Assembly: GCA_024704765.1 (NCBI GenBank)
Contig: JAKMXF010000324.1
Coordinates: forward strand, 124,001 to 188,000
Reading direction: 5' to 3'
From: Oopsacas minuta
Taxonomy: Eukaryota > Animalia > Porifera
Length of the DNA stretch: 64,000 nt
The translations under genes were made by a program, and so were the position numbers. Every line of letters begins with the position of its first letter. Position 1 is the first letter of the stretch. Below the pieces are notes generated by a model. That model was not told the DNA's origin. It made no database searches and was given only the letters and a program-made list of their open reading frames with translations. This document shows, one piece after another, positions 19,771 through 33,300 of this stretch.

Positions 19771-22700
19771 ATGGATAGCGGATCAGCTGAGGGGGACGAG
19801 GGGGACAAGGAGGAGGTCAAATTACAACTACATGACATAACCGAACGAATGTCAAAGTTACTTTACTGTTACGAGGGAGATAAAGAGTACATACCGGAGG
19901 AAAATAATGACGGGGAACTAGAAATGAAAGATGGATTACTAGATGCTCTTACAGATTTCCATGAAATGGCAAATACTAGAGAGAATTTGTTGGAAACATT
20001 GATGGACTGGTTCGATGGGTCAAGCAGGGTAAGTTCAGTAGACAGTGACGTCCGTAAAATCGTTACACTATTCCAGGATGGATTCAAGCTCATTGAGCAG
20101 CTGAAAATGAGATTATTACAGTGATTCATACGATATGAACACTATTGCACTAGTATTGTGGATAGCTATCATATCAGCTATTCATTCCATTCATAAACTA
20201 GTATATGCAAATAATTTGAATTGTCCGTATTTTGTGAGAAAAAAGCCAGAAATATCCAGAAATACATGTCACCAATAACAACGGATTATACCGTGTTACT
20301 CATAGCTTAATAATATTCATACATCTTTGCATTATCTTATCCAATAAAGTATAGAAATGCCAATACTTTATTGTTGATAAATAGCCATGTGTTACGTTTT
20401 AATTAGCTTATGAAGATGGCAAAAAATAATCAATAAATATACAAGAATGACTTGTAAGAATCTTAATTGAATTAGTGGGTTCATAATTGAATTACGAAAT
20501 GGCTAATAGACAGTGACTGTTAAAATATATGGAGATGTTACTCAGGTGATATTTATTGGAGTTGTAGTCTAGTCAAAACTATCCTGTAGAGAATCTGTCT
20601 TTTCATATATAATTCGTTAGATAATCAATACTCAACGATGGTTGCTAAGTAGATAATCAATAGGTATGCAACATAGTGCATTCTTAATGCCCTGAATTAT
20701 CTCTATGACATATAAATGGCGCCAGAATTCTGAGCCAAGTTACTGAACAGCCTAAACAAGATGTGTTATAATTGCAAATATTGCAATCTGCTATTCACAG
20801 CTAAATCAATCAAAGTACAATACTGGAATTGCTTATATATTCTGGGGGTTGGAATTACGAACTTTTCAAAATCATTGTACAAACGGTGATCATACATATT
20901 GGGCACTGACCTAGGCAATGCGTATGTGTTATGAAATGCAAGTCTGGCATTATTTGACGTAGGTATACGTTAGCTGTAATCTATGGGGGGTCTAGCAAGG
21001 AGGGTGGCAAGGAATTTTGACAACGTGACGTAGGGAAAATGAGGAATAAATTGCAAACAAATATTTGGAATGTAAATCACAGGTTTATGATTGTGGCCAT
21101 TTTACATAACTTTCACCGCGTCGTACTCAATTAATTCGCACAGTAGAACTCAGATAAGACGTAAACAAAAAGTAGTACGTATTACTGAAGTATGTCTTAT
21201 CCGAGTATTAATCCTATTAGTACACAGTAAACCCTCTCTAATCATAACAGGGCCTAGAGCTTATACAATCTTTGGAAAATTGTTTCAAACGTTAAAACAT
21301 AGCAGATTTTTATCCAATTATACCACAGATCAATCCATCATTTGTACAACTTTCGAAAAAGTCCTCCCAGATTCTATAGTATTGTTTCAATGCATTTCAC
21401 TAATTCGAAAGTATTATTTGCAATCGGAACTGTAGTGCTTGGATTAGCGAGAGTATACTCTAGTACAAGGAATACCTTTTGGAGAAAAGTACGTATTAAC
21501 TGAGTTATACTGTCTGTTGTAGATACTGGCAAATACAGATGCGGCAGAAGACCCCGAGGAATCTTGGTGTCAAATAGAAAATGAAATGCAGCGAGTACTT
21601 ACTGCAGTAAGCAGTTTACAGCAACACAACCGAAGAGCTGAGATAGAACGCAAGTTACTGGGTGTAGTGCTGAAAGAGGATGATATTGAAAAGATTGAAG
21701 AAATACGAGGTGAGTATAATAATAGAAAGTTAAAAGTTGAAAAAAGACAAGACAATACAAAGAGACAAGTAGAGCAGGTTATCTGTACTACAGATGAAAG
21801 AGGGAGCAATGAATATTGTGACGTAACAGTAACAGATTACAGTTTAATAGCTAGAATAAAGAGGGAGATTAATAAACAGATCTGTGTGAAAGAGGTTCAA
21901 ATTGATTGTGTGGAGGAAGATGGAGATATTATACAGGTGAGGTGACCCACGGACAATAGTGAGGGGTACACAGGTGTTAAAAATTGTATAAGATGCCCAC
22001 GGGTAAAAATGGTGGGAACAGCTGGTATATATAATACGTAAAGGTATAGGAACAATGGGACAAGAACATACATGTACAATGTAATCTCCATAAACGAGGT
22101 GTTAGGGCGCCGAAAATTTTACTCCAGAAAATCCCTTGTTAGCAACAAAAATCTTTGATGAATAATTGCTTGTTTTTAGGAGATCATAGAGGAAATGGAA
22201 ACACCAACAATCTCAAAAGATAACAATATAGTTATTTACAAAACAGCAAGTACACAAACAAACACTACAATACCCAACAATAATTGGTACATACAACAAA
22301 ATTCACAAACAAACATGAATATACAAACAATAAACAACCAAACAAAAACACAAACAGCGAATAATCAAGCAATAAACAAACAAACAAAAACACAAACAGC
22401 GAATAATCAAGCAATAAACAAACAAACAAAAACACAAACAGCGAATAATCAAACACTAAACAAACAAACAACAAATACCGGAGCACTAGAAATATCAGAT
22501 AAAACTGAAAATTATTTTCAAGACTTGATACAAGTAAACATCAGCAAAAATACAAATATTGACGTGACAGAGGAGGTTAACAATAACACAAATTATACGC
22601 AAGTAAACACGTCAATAAGGGAAGAATCATCTTTCCCAATAATTCATGAATCACACACGGACACAGATATAAATGAAATGAGAGAATCGAGGACAATTAT

Positions 22701-23314
22701 TGAACAGAAGTTACCAAAGATCAAATGTCAACAACAACAACAACAGAGACACAGGAAGCATAGAGTAAACCGTATGCGTATTCTAAAGTCTAATGCTGGA
22801 TATAAAGTCAATGTAAAGGTAAATAATCCGAGTATAATGAATGTGTAGTATAACACGTGGCTATAGAAATCTGTACTCTTAATCATAGTCCTTTATTACA
22901 TTGGTTATATCTAAGTAATTATCGCGGGCCCTTGAGCTACGGTATAACGGTAGTTGACTTTATTCTATAATTATGACGTAATCGTCACCTTTTTGTGTTT
23001 CTATCTAGCCAGATGAAGGGCCTCGTAATAAGATATACATGCACCTACCAGTAGCTACAACTTGCAACACAGGGCTTGGACTAAACCCACCTCTAACAAC
23101 AATCCCATCTTCCCTAGTTACAACACCTCGAAAAGGAATGTTCATATTCCCCCCATCAGAGATAGTTAATAGAGGAAAGATACAATCAACTCCAGTACAA
23201 TTACAATTGAACTCAGATTATATAGCAAAGAACCATGGATACAAACCAGAAGTATTGAATTTACATCTACAATACAAATCGTATAGAAAGCGAGCTATGA
23301 CAATATATTGGTAG
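19771..23314 (+). CDS. Orphan coiled-coil protein (538 aa); exons 19771-20028, 21523-21936, 22180-22818, 23009-23314
   Basis: Three phase-0 GT-AG introns (agg|gtaagt...tgtag|ata; cag|gtgagg...tttag|gag; aag|gtaaat...tctag|cca) join four ORF-track fragments without a stop. Acidic helical N-terminal half; Thr/Asn/Gln-rich third exon. Confidence 0.65.
22330..22470 (+). repeat. Coding tandem repeat, 42 bp x3 (QTKTQTANNQAINK)
   Basis: The unit caaacaaaaacacaaacagcgaataatcaagcaataaacaaa occurs twice exactly, plus one variant. Confidence 0.9.
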
Positions 23315-23819
23315 CATTATCCATGGTTCTTTTGTTGTTAAGCAATATTCTTATGTAAAAGTATATATATTAACCTTTGGGACCGTGTATCCCACAAGAA
23401 ACACTGATATAAATATAACACAATGTAAATACCTGAATAGTGTATTTTGCTTGATAATTCTTCATATAAGACATCCGAGAATTGAGGGAATATTAAAATC
23501 TAATATAGGAAAATAATAGATAACGAATAATGACAATATTATGACAGAGAAGAAGGGAAGATAACGGACACTACGGAAATCTGGCAATTATTCAGGCAAA
23601 TACTCAAAGAAGGACAACTCTGCCATATCAAAGTGTCCGTTACTAGTGCCCCCACAAATAAACTACACCGCTTGCATACAGAAAGTTTGGTACGTGAGAA
23701 AACATTAAATGTATGACGTCAATTAGAACACCCCTAGTGATATAAAAGACACATAAATTCCCTGTTCCCAAGTGTCTCCATACGGCTCGAAGGGTCGGAA
23801 AATAATACCCAACCTGGAC

Positions 23820-23905
23820 GCCAGGTACCCCTTGGTGGTCCACGGATGACAGCAGGGAGTCCACAGTATCTCAAAATTACAATCTAAGAGAGGTCCATTG
23901 GGAAC
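23820..23905. mobile_element. Dispersed repeat family 5 (ggtggtccac...gacagcag..ggtccacaggatctcaaa)
   Basis: Related segments at about 13600-13685, 36025-36100, 36520-36570, 41945-42010 and 46530-46570 (reverse). Confidence 0.6.
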
Positions 23906-23994
23906 CGCATCTGTTTGATAACAAAATGTGTAATATGAAGTAGAATAATAAAACAAACAATTATATGAATAAATAATAAACACACGACTGAATT

Positions 23995-24828
23995 CTAACT
24001 ATTCTTCTTCACATAATCTCGAGCGCCGAAAATCAAAGTCCCAACTCTAACATTATCGCTGCCTAACTCTACAGCGTGAATATAATCACTTGACATACCC
24101 ATACTCAATTCAACGTCTTCAAAGCTAAGTGACAAGTCTTTACACACAATTTCCTTGCAGTTTATCAACTCCATGTAATCAGGATTAACACCCATGGTCT
24201 CAAAATCATGTCCAATCCTTCCTATCGTCATTAATCCTGTGAATTTCAATCTGGGGCAGTGTTTCATGACGTAATCAACTAGCTCTTGACACGAATCCGG
24301 TCTACAACCAAATTTATTCTCTTCTCTGCTAGTGTTAACCTGCACCATGACGCGTAAAGGGGGCAATTCGCTCTTCTCACATTGGTAATTAAGAGTTTCA
24401 GCCAGTTTAATGCTGTCTAATGACTCACAAATCCATAAATTCGGGACCCGCGTTAAAAGTTTTGCGTTTTTCCTCTGTAAATGACCGATAAAATGCCAGT
24501 GAATATCCTTACAGTTTTCTAATACGATTTGATGCGTACTTTTCTGGTATAATTCTTGAACGTAGTTTTCTCCAAAATGCCTCTGACCTGCGACGTAAGC
24601 TTCAAGGATCAGTTCGACGGATTTTGTTTTCGAGACCGCGACTAATCGAGGAAATTTCTTTGTAGTTTTAGCGTTCAATTTTTTGTAAGAAAGGAATGTG
24701 AATTCTATTTTAGATAGAACATTATTCAAATTCATGCGGACAGACATTGGCGTTTTTGACACCTTGTTCTTACAAAACCAAATCGAAACTATTACTATAG
24801 AAATCAGAGTTAAAATCGTAAGAATCAT
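23995..24828 (-). CDS. PLPBP: Pyridoxal phosphate homeostasis protein (YggS/PROSC family)
   Basis: PRLVAVSKTK (PLP lysine), GQRHFGENYVQEL, WHFIGHLQ, GLMTIG and LSMGMSSDY...VRVGTLIFGAR. Confidence 0.95.
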   Translation of the reverse strand: MILTILTLISIVIVSIWFCKNKVSKTPMSVRMNLNNVLSKIEFTFLSYKKLNAKTTKKFPRLVAVSKTKSVELILEAYVAGQRHFGENYVQELYQKSTHQIVLENCKDIHWHFIGHLQRKNAKLLTRVPNLWICESLDSIKLAETLNYQCEKSELPPLRVMVQVNTSREENKFGCRPDSCQELVDYVMKHCPRLKFTGLMTIGRIGHDFETMGVNPDYMELINCKEIVCKDLSLSFEDVELSMGMSSDYIHAVELGSDNVRVGTLIFGARDYVKKNS

Positions 24829-25252
24829 TTCAAAAATTCAATATTTTGAGATATAAATTCTAGAAATGTTACTAATAATAGAATATAATTCCACGATAAG
24901 ATATTGAGTGAGTTACAAAATGTGGAACTGATCAGAGTTACAAGCTTGAAATATGAGTAGTGAAATCTTAACAACTCTCTGAGATAGGTGACAAAGGTGT
25001 CGCCCAATCAGATTCAAGGGTGTAGCCAATATGTAAAGGGTGATACTCTATTGGTAAAATTGAATATAGTGGTTTATACACCTTTTAACACCTTTCTGAG
25101 ACTAACTTGGTTCGTATAGACACGACGTTAATGGCCAGCGAATAAATGCAGAAAACACAATAAATATAGCAATATTTTAATCATAGAAATCTCCATTCAT
25201 ATCGATTGATAACACAAATAAGATTATAATTATTATTCTATACAGACAGACG

Positions 25253-25822
25253 TTAAGAAGAAATCGCTAATTGTCTTCCAATACTCCCAAATGTTGTCCC
25301 CCCAGCGAATATTATACCAGGCAGCCACGAGTAGACATATTGAAAATCAGGTTCTGTCAATTGTAATAGTCCATAAGATGCAAAACTGTATATTATACAT
25401 GTGCCGCAGAATGCGATAAAGAAACTCAGTATCAGTCCGCCAAAAGATCGATCAAACAGCCACCACATTCCAAAAGACAGCGCTGCTACTGCGATGCTAA
25501 GTTGTAGACCATCAGCAAAGCTGATTTTTACTGAGGCATGAGTTATACCGACGAATACGGCCAAACACCGCAATACACTCGACCATTCCCGCCCGAAATC
25601 ATGCTCTTCACCAAGCCAATGGTCAACACATGGATAAGCCAGACCGATTAAAACTGCCGCAGTCGCTGTACCCGGTGTTATCCACCACGCGGACCTGTGC
25701 AACTGCGTCAGGGACCCTGGGACAAGTATGTTCCGTTGGATTTGTTGCAATAGAAGGACTAATGCTATGAAAAATCCAGTAAAAAATAGCACAACTATCC
25801 GCGAACCGAGAGTATTTTTCAT
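25253..25822 (-). CDS. INSIG: Insulin-induced gene protein (sterol-regulated ER membrane protein)
   Basis: AWWITPGTATAAVLIGLAYPCVD, REWSSVLRCLAVFVGITHAS, WWLFDRS and WLPGIIFAGGTTFGSIGRQLA. Confidence 0.95.
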   Translation of the reverse strand: MKNTLGSRIVVLFFTGFFIALVLLLQQIQRNILVPGSLTQLHRSAWWITPGTATAAVLIGLAYPCVDHWLGEEHDFGREWSSVLRCLAVFVGITHASVKISFADGLQLSIAVAALSFGMWWLFDRSFGGLILSFFIAFCGTCIIYSFASYGLLQLTEPDFQYVYSWLPGIIFAGGTTFGSIGRQLAISS

Positions 25823-26569
25823 TACAGAATATCAAAGCAATAAACAAACACTTGTGGAATACGAATTATCAAAGGAATTATGGCTGGGTATATATATTGC
25901 ATTAAAGTTGATATGAGTTGATAAATTACCTGATTTTACTGTTGAATTATAATTCAATCATAATGAGATGATCAGTGACCTGATCTATAAATGGAGTAAA
26001 TACAATGAAACATGATCCACAATTACTGTTACAAGCTATCGTATTTGTACACACAGGTTTATAGTATTATCATGCCACATGTCGACAGTTTTGAGCACTT
26101 CTAGGTGTTAGATCAAGAAGGTCTACAAAGGTGAAATGTAGTACAGGAAATAATCTTCACGAAAAAATATTTGTGACAAAATAACACTTTTTGTAAAGTT
26201 ATCTGATGTTTCATGTAACACCTCAAACTCACATAGAAACTAATACAAGATTATGTCGATAATCACATGGGGGATTGTGTTGTACGGGAATGAGCTGGGT
26301 CAACACTACATGATAGACAGTTTATAAATATGCATAGGTGACGAACCCAAGGCGCAGGGCAGAGTGTTTGGGCTATTTTTCGATAATACACGGCAAACCT
26401 GGATCGATGAAGTTGTGGAAATTGATTAAACGCCCCCGCAAATATGTTTATTCAATGTTAGGTGCACAACTAGATGTCACTACGAGTATACATGCCAATT
26501 TGGTGTCTCACTATATAAAGGTGTGAACAACACAAAGCAAAACAGATATATACACATTGCCAAATATTT

Positions 26570-28760
26570 GAACTGAGCCACTATAGAAGTAATAGTAATC
26601 ACAGTAAAGGAATTGAAATATGATAGTGAAAGTATTATTGTAGAACCACATAGCTAAGATATTGTCTGTAGATGATATGATAGTGTATAGAATATATTTG
26701 ATAATTCACACCATATATTATCAATCAACAACATTTCTACACACTACAAGTCAACAACAACAAATTGCAAAAGTTGATATCAACAACATATTTTTGGTGA
26801 GTTTGTTTCCTTTTGATTGTTTGTAATTTGTTATTTAATGAATTAATTACTTAACACCTGATAATTTGATATTCAACACGTAAATACGAACATAGTATAT
26901 CTTAGGTTTGTCACTTGGATATTACATCCAGGGTTTCTTCCAGCTTTTATATGTAACGCGCCTAAACAAGTTCTCGATTTGACTTACGCGCCTAAACTAT
27001 TTGAATTTTGGAAGCATCAAAGTTAAATTTGAATCAAACCATACATCCATTACATATTCTAGGGTTAATACTACATTCCAGAGGTGTAATACCAGTAGTA
27101 TTAGGACTCAACCTACATATCCTCTATCAAGCTTCCTCTCTTTAATTATTCACAGTTTACCTTTTGAATTATTTTCCAATATTAATGAATTCAACTGATT
27201 AATCTTACAAACAATAATACATTCCAATTGGCCTTTATGATTGTTACCATTATTACATTATTCACCAAAATTGGCGCGTGACATGCGCCTAACTCTCAAT
27301 ATTTTCTTGCTACTAACTAGACAAATTTTGTTGTAAACCCTCGCTGTATGCGCGTCGCTCCTGGATAAAACGCCTGATTACATTATCCTACTTTCAAGTG
27401 CATATGCTAAGAATTTTCATACGTTTTGGTTATTCACTGAGTTGTTGAATGTCTTTTAAATAAGACTTACTGTACGGCTAATGAAAGGACAGCGAGCTGG
27501 ACATTTTGTATTTTTCCCGGGAAATATATACACAAATATTTTTGTATTTCTAGAATAGAAATGGCTGCAGTTTTCAACGTCGATCAAAAGCTAGAAGATC
27601 TGAAAACGGAAATACTTAGAACTTTTGATGAACTTTACCAATATCTGTCAGATCGCAGAGATAGTCTTCTGTCTAGACTCGCTAACATGAAGGAAGGATA
27701 CGACAAGAATGTAGAATTGGAGGAAGCAATAAAACAGTTGAGAATATCCAAAGATCAAATACTGGCTACAATGACTAGCAACTTGGTAGGAGGATCACTA
27801 GACACAGTGAAACAAACGCTAGATAGAGACATCGAAGTGAAAATAGCTGAAAAGGTAAAAGTAGATAACTTGGAGTTTATTGAGTTCCGTTGTTACTCTG
27901 ATAAAATTCGTAAAACCATTAATGAAATAGATTTGTTTGAAATCATTCCTGAATACGTCAGGAGGGAAAACCCTATTCTTAAGGTTTGTAAGAGGGGTAG
28001 AGGAAATGGAGAGTTGAATAATCCCAGAGGAATAGCAGTAGATAGAGCAAGTAATGAATTGTATATTTGTGATGAAAGCAACAGTCGTATTCAAGTGTTG
28101 ACTACTGAAGGAAAGTATTTGCGTTCTTTTGGGACTGACCACTTGAAGGAGCCATGGGGTATATGTCTGTTAAAAGAGGAAGTATTCGTTACTGATAGAG
28201 CTAAAGAGTCTATTGTGAAGTTTAGCCTATCAGGACAATTCCTAAAGGAAACAGGCTCAAGAGGCATTACAGAAGGACGATTTACTTCTATCTCAGGATT
28301 GTGTCATGAAGCTGGGTTAATATATGTCTGTGATTGTAGTATACAAAGAATTCAAATATTTGATTCTAATCTTAAATTCATTAAAAAGTTCGGCTACGGA
28401 GAACTCGAATATCCAAGAGACATTACTCTATTCTCTGACAGAATCTACATCCTATCTCAAGACAACAACTCCATCTACTGCTACAACAGAGACTGTACTC
28501 TCCAGAATATTATACAGCTGACTGGACAGGATCAGCCAATGACAGCAGCTATCTTCTTCACGATTGATAAGAAGGGGAACTTCTTAATTACAGACAATGC
28601 AGCTAACGATATCCGTATCTTCTCACCTCAAGGAGTGATGAAGCATATTCTGGGTAGAGGACATCTCTCTTTCTTATGCGGTATTGTATTAGATAACTCA
28701 GATAATATTATATGTGTGAATGGTGGCGTTGAAGGTAAAGCCTGTTTCCAGAAATATTAA
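26570..28760 (+). repeat. Segmental duplication B, with inverted counterpart B' at about 46966-49150
   Basis: About 1 kb of 5' flank plus the NHL gene match the reverse complement (for example, the identical 65-aa spurious ORFs 27001..27198 and 48509..48706). Confidence 0.95.
27561..28760 (+). CDS. Coiled-coil + six-bladed NHL repeat protein, copy B (399 aa)
   Basis: Intact intronless ORF. The N-terminus resembles the TRIM B-box C-terminal coiled coil (TFDELYQYLSDRRDSLLSRL). Blades include GRGNGELNNPRGIAVD...ICDESNSRIQV. Confidence 0.93.
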   Translation: MAAVFNVDQKLEDLKTEILRTFDELYQYLSDRRDSLLSRLANMKEGYDKNVELEEAIKQLRISKDQILATMTSNLVGGSLDTVKQTLDRDIEVKIAEKVKVDNLEFIEFRCYSDKIRKTINEIDLFEIIPEYVRRENPILKVCKRGRGNGELNNPRGIAVDRASNELYICDESNSRIQVLTTEGKYLRSFGTDHLKEPWGICLLKEEVFVTDRAKESIVKFSLSGQFLKETGSRGITEGRFTSISGLCHEAGLIYVCDCSIQRIQIFDSNLKFIKKFGYGELEYPRDITLFSDRIYILSQDNNSIYCYNRDCTLQNIIQLTGQDQPMTAAIFFTIDKKGNFLITDNAANDIRIFSPQGVMKHILGRGHLSFLCGIVLDNSDNIICVNGGVEGKACFQKY

Positions 28761-29859
28761 CATTTTCCTTACTTTGAGTGTATTTCCTATAATCTTGCTT
28801 TATCCAATTAGTATATTACTCATTTTTCATTTTCTTATTTTCTCATTTTGTAGTTTCAAATATTTATCATTTTGATACTTCTTTTCATTAATTCATAGCA
28901 CAATTCTCATGTTTTTTCCTTTTCACCTGCAATTTCAAATGATTGGTCCCCTTACTCCTAGTTCTCGCCGGTACTAACAGTTTGTGCTGGCTAAGCTTTA
29001 ACATTACTACATACGTATTTGGCTGTGGGATTTATGAAAGTGTTCGTCAATTGGCCCGCACTTAGAAGTGTCAGTTCATCAGCATGAATAACACAAAGTG
29101 TCTACCTTGAGAATTAATATGTGTACTGAATTCGTGGATATTACCCCTGACTGAGCTCTATATTATTGGATACATTAATAATACCAAATAATAATGATAA
29201 TTCCAAATCAAACGAAACTGAAACTAATTTATGATTAATCCTATATGCACAAATTCTATTTATAGATTTTACAAATCATTATTTGTTTTATTTATGTCTG
29301 AATTCATGTTTCAAACAGAATTTCCAGCGCCAATCGTCTTCTATGAATAGTTATTCAGAAAATTGCGGGAACTCGCGGTATACAACATATTTACATTAGA
29401 CAGGACTACAAAAATGCGGGCCGATTAAGGTTCTTTGCAAATTTTGGCGGGACAATAGCCTCAACACTTATCCGACCATGGATTCCCGCCTAAAATTGGG
29501 ACAGTTTGCAAGTATGAGTAAAGGAAGAGATCTAGAATGTATATCAATAGTCTTAAAAATGATCGCGACATCTGTTTTTAGATTAGTGTCAATATGATAG
29601 ACTCAATACAAATATGTAAAAGTGCAAAAACAACAAAATATTCAGTCAATTTACACTTTGATATTTCTTTCAAATTATGCATAAATACAAACATTCTCAC
29701 ATATTCTCACTAAATTCTTTTACTGCGATATTGTCACCTACTTATCTGATAATTGTAGGTGACAAGATTGGCTCCCATTGTCTGTACCATGGGTGTAGTA
29801 CCTGGAATGCCTGTTACCTCCAATATTATTCGTGAAGATACCAAACACGAGTAAAACTG

Positions 29860-29990
29860 AAAAAATGTGACCATCTACAATACAACATCTATCAAGTAAT
29901 TAGTGTATTTTTGCGGCCACGTATCCTTGACAGATTTTTGCCTACACACAGGTGGCAACTGGCACTTGCCGCAGATGTGCCACTTCTGTC
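29860..29990. repeat. Diverged repeat with an inverted counterpart at about 49690-49830
   Basis: caacatctatcaagta..tagtgt....gcggccac.tatcct...acacacaggtggc.actg.cact.g.cgcagatgt is present in both places. Confidence 0.75.
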
Positions 29991-30315
29991 TATAATACTT
30001 AGTTGGCCTTTCGATCTTGAAAAGTTTGACTAGTATCAGAGTCGTTGGAAGTTGGGAGAAACCGGCCAAAACCGGTATTGCCTTGCTATTTTGTAAGTTC
30101 TGTCTGCAAAAATCCAACAATTCTCTTCATGTCGTTTTGAAGCACGTATATGTATATACAGGAACCTCATTAATTAGAGCACCAACGGACTGTCAAAATT
30201 GGTTGGCTTTGTCTGGAGTTCGTATTACCCATTGTATGTTTTAAATCTTGAATTTTATCATATTTTGTGTCTGATAATAGTCCTTTTAAATACTGTACAT
30301 ACCGCGCGGACTAAC

Positions 30316-33300
30316 ATGACTTCTCGTACACATCTGAAGAGCATGATCCAAAAACAACAGATGGAACAAGAGGACAAGAGACGGTTAGATTATAGTAACA
30401 GTTCCCCTGCCAGTTCCCTTGACAGCTCTGATATCCAAACATCAATGCACTCGCATCATACAGTCAATTCATATGTGCCTGGTATGTTAGAGTTATGCTT
30501 CTGGAGCGTTTTTGTGGGGGCTTGACTTTGTGGTTAATATAGACTGGCCAGGACCATATTGGACCATTTCTGTCACCATTACTAGTTCCAGATTGGGCCA
30601 AGATATGGTACGAGGCCAAAATTGACTGGTCAGAACCATAAATATTGGTTGAACTAGTTCTGGCGCAATAATTGGTTCCATATTGTCCCAATTATGTATT
30701 CTCAGTTAGTAATAATAGCTATTATTACTTTGTATAGGAAATTATAATAGCGGATTCTCGAATTCTCACCAAATTCATCGCAGTTTTGGGAGTATCCCGA
30801 ACAGTCACTCGTCAGGTCATCTGAGCGGCCCTCACAGCTATACGGACTCATCTCTGTCTAGACCTAACTTCATTCAAACAGCTGATAGCTTCGGAGGTGG
30901 AAATGTAAGTTGTAGCTATATTATAATAACATGCTAAAACAATACAGAGACAGGAGAAAGTTACTACGTCCAGGATAATATTGGATATTTCTGGCTTTTT
31001 GTCTCATATAAAAGAGGGAAAATTCGTATTATTTTGATAGAAAATTTGAATTCGGGACTTCAGGAATACATCCAGTGAAAACAGTTAAAAGTGATTGGTA
31101 GCTATTAATAGAGGTCTGACTGTCTGTTTGTCATGCTGTCCACATTCATTGTATCGGTGTTAGGCAGTAAGTAATAGTCAAACCTTCATTGACAATTTTT
31201 ACATCGATGAAATACACTAAGTACATACTCATTCGTAATCTCTATACACGTAAGTACATGATTTGCCTGCTACATTTTTAGTGTATGCAATTGTACTAAT
31301 GATAAGATTGCTTATATCCATGGTTAATCTAGAGCTGTTATTACAGAGAAAGAATTCCTCAGTTAAAATCTAATTCAACGTCTGGGACTTAAATATTACA
31401 ATTCATTTTAGTGGATTATTGAAACTTTGCTATTCCGTTTTAGCAAAGAAAGATAAAATTGAATTTACAAATCTTGTTTGACATTTTAGAATGTTAAAAT
31501 CTAATTCTACGTCCCCCTTTACCCCTGTTTATAAGTGGAAGCTAATCTCTAGGATATTTTGTAATGTTCACCAAAAGGTATGAAATATACACATTAGAAA
31601 ATTCCAAATGTCAAGTGCACAACTGGATGTCAGTACCAGTATACATGCCACATTTGGTGTCTTAATCTATAAAGGTGTGAACAGTAGAGCGAAACAGCTG
31701 GCCAGTTGGAAAGTTTAGTATTTGTGGGAAATTATTGAATTTATTGACACTTCTTGGTGTGAAAATATCTTAGACTATAAGAGTTTCTTCACACACACAC
31801 ACACACACACACACCATGACCTTATCGCCAACATACAATTGACGAAACCACCAGTACAATGTATAATAATATCAATGTAACCTCCACATACGTCGAACTG
31901 GCCGTTTCCACTTCTCTGTCCAATTCCCTGTTAGTAGAGGGTCATTTATATGTGACTTGGAGTTAGCTCTATTTACTCACTTCATTTCCAGAAGTTCACA
32001 GTTTGTGGAGGTAAAACTGTGAATACGAATCTATGAGAATACTTTTTGTAATATCTTTGAATTCATTTCTTTTATACTTATCCTAAAGTCACAATGTCTC
32101 TTTGAACAATATCTACTAACATAACGTGATCCCCATCTCTACCCTTATAATTCCTGATTCGTAATCCTTCCCTCCCTTCCTCTAAAATGATTTTTTCAAT
32201 TTGTGATATCCGTTTTGTGAGTTATATGTGTATATTTAATCCATAAAACCACAAGAATTAACCATAGCATATTTACATGGTTCACTAACTAGCCATTGGT
32301 ATGAAGTCCCATTGAATATAAATTCACAATTCTGAGTTTGTAATTCAGTTTGTCTATTTGAATTTGGCCGTGTGATTTATTGGAGTTTGCTGGATAGATT
32401 TTATTTGTATTTTTGTTTACGATGAATCATAAAATTTTGAATTGTTTGCTGGGATTTGTTTACGAATTTTCGTCTCAAAATTTTAATATTTTTATTTTGA
32501 AAATGTATTTTCCAATTTTTTGAGATTCATAATTTTCATTTTTCATTTTTGTGTATGTATACACATATCGAGGTGTCAGAATATTCATATTTGGATGATT
32601 TGGCAAGTTCGTATTTTTCAGAAAATTATGCATTGTTCCGTTTAGCCAGTATGAATATTTATCACCTAAATAATTCAAAATATCGTAAAGATTGATTACA
32701 ATTCTCTACAAAGCATTGCCTTTAGATTGTCGGACAATCTTTCCAACAATTCTCACAGCCACACGAGACAGATTCGCTTCTCACTCAGGGAAATTATCCT
32801 CCCCACCCGACACTGACCCACACCCAATCAAACCCAACCCTCTGCTCACGATCAGTGTCCCCTACCCCAAACGATAGTAGTAGTACAAGTCTCCCTCACG
32901 AATCCAATTTCACAGGGCAGATGGAATTTCTCACAGGGCCAAATCAATATCCCAGACCGATCCCACCGGCCTCGTCAGAAGAGAGTATCTCCGAACACTC
33001 CCAGTTTTCAGACGAGGGCCAATTCAATCCTCTCAACATGGATCATGCGATATCAGGATCTCCGTATTCATTTTTCCCTCAACAGGTTGTCATTGAACAA
33101 CCCATTACTGATCAATTCTCCGACAGACAATTGTTCTATCAATCGAATAGTATTATGCAGCAAATATCAAGATCACATCCTACTCCAGGATTTGGAATGC
33201 CTCTCCACGGACAGGTTAGTTGATAAATATACTAAATGCAGTCAACTCCCGTTTGAACACGGATATACCGAAATACCCGGTTATATCGAGGTGTGAAATT

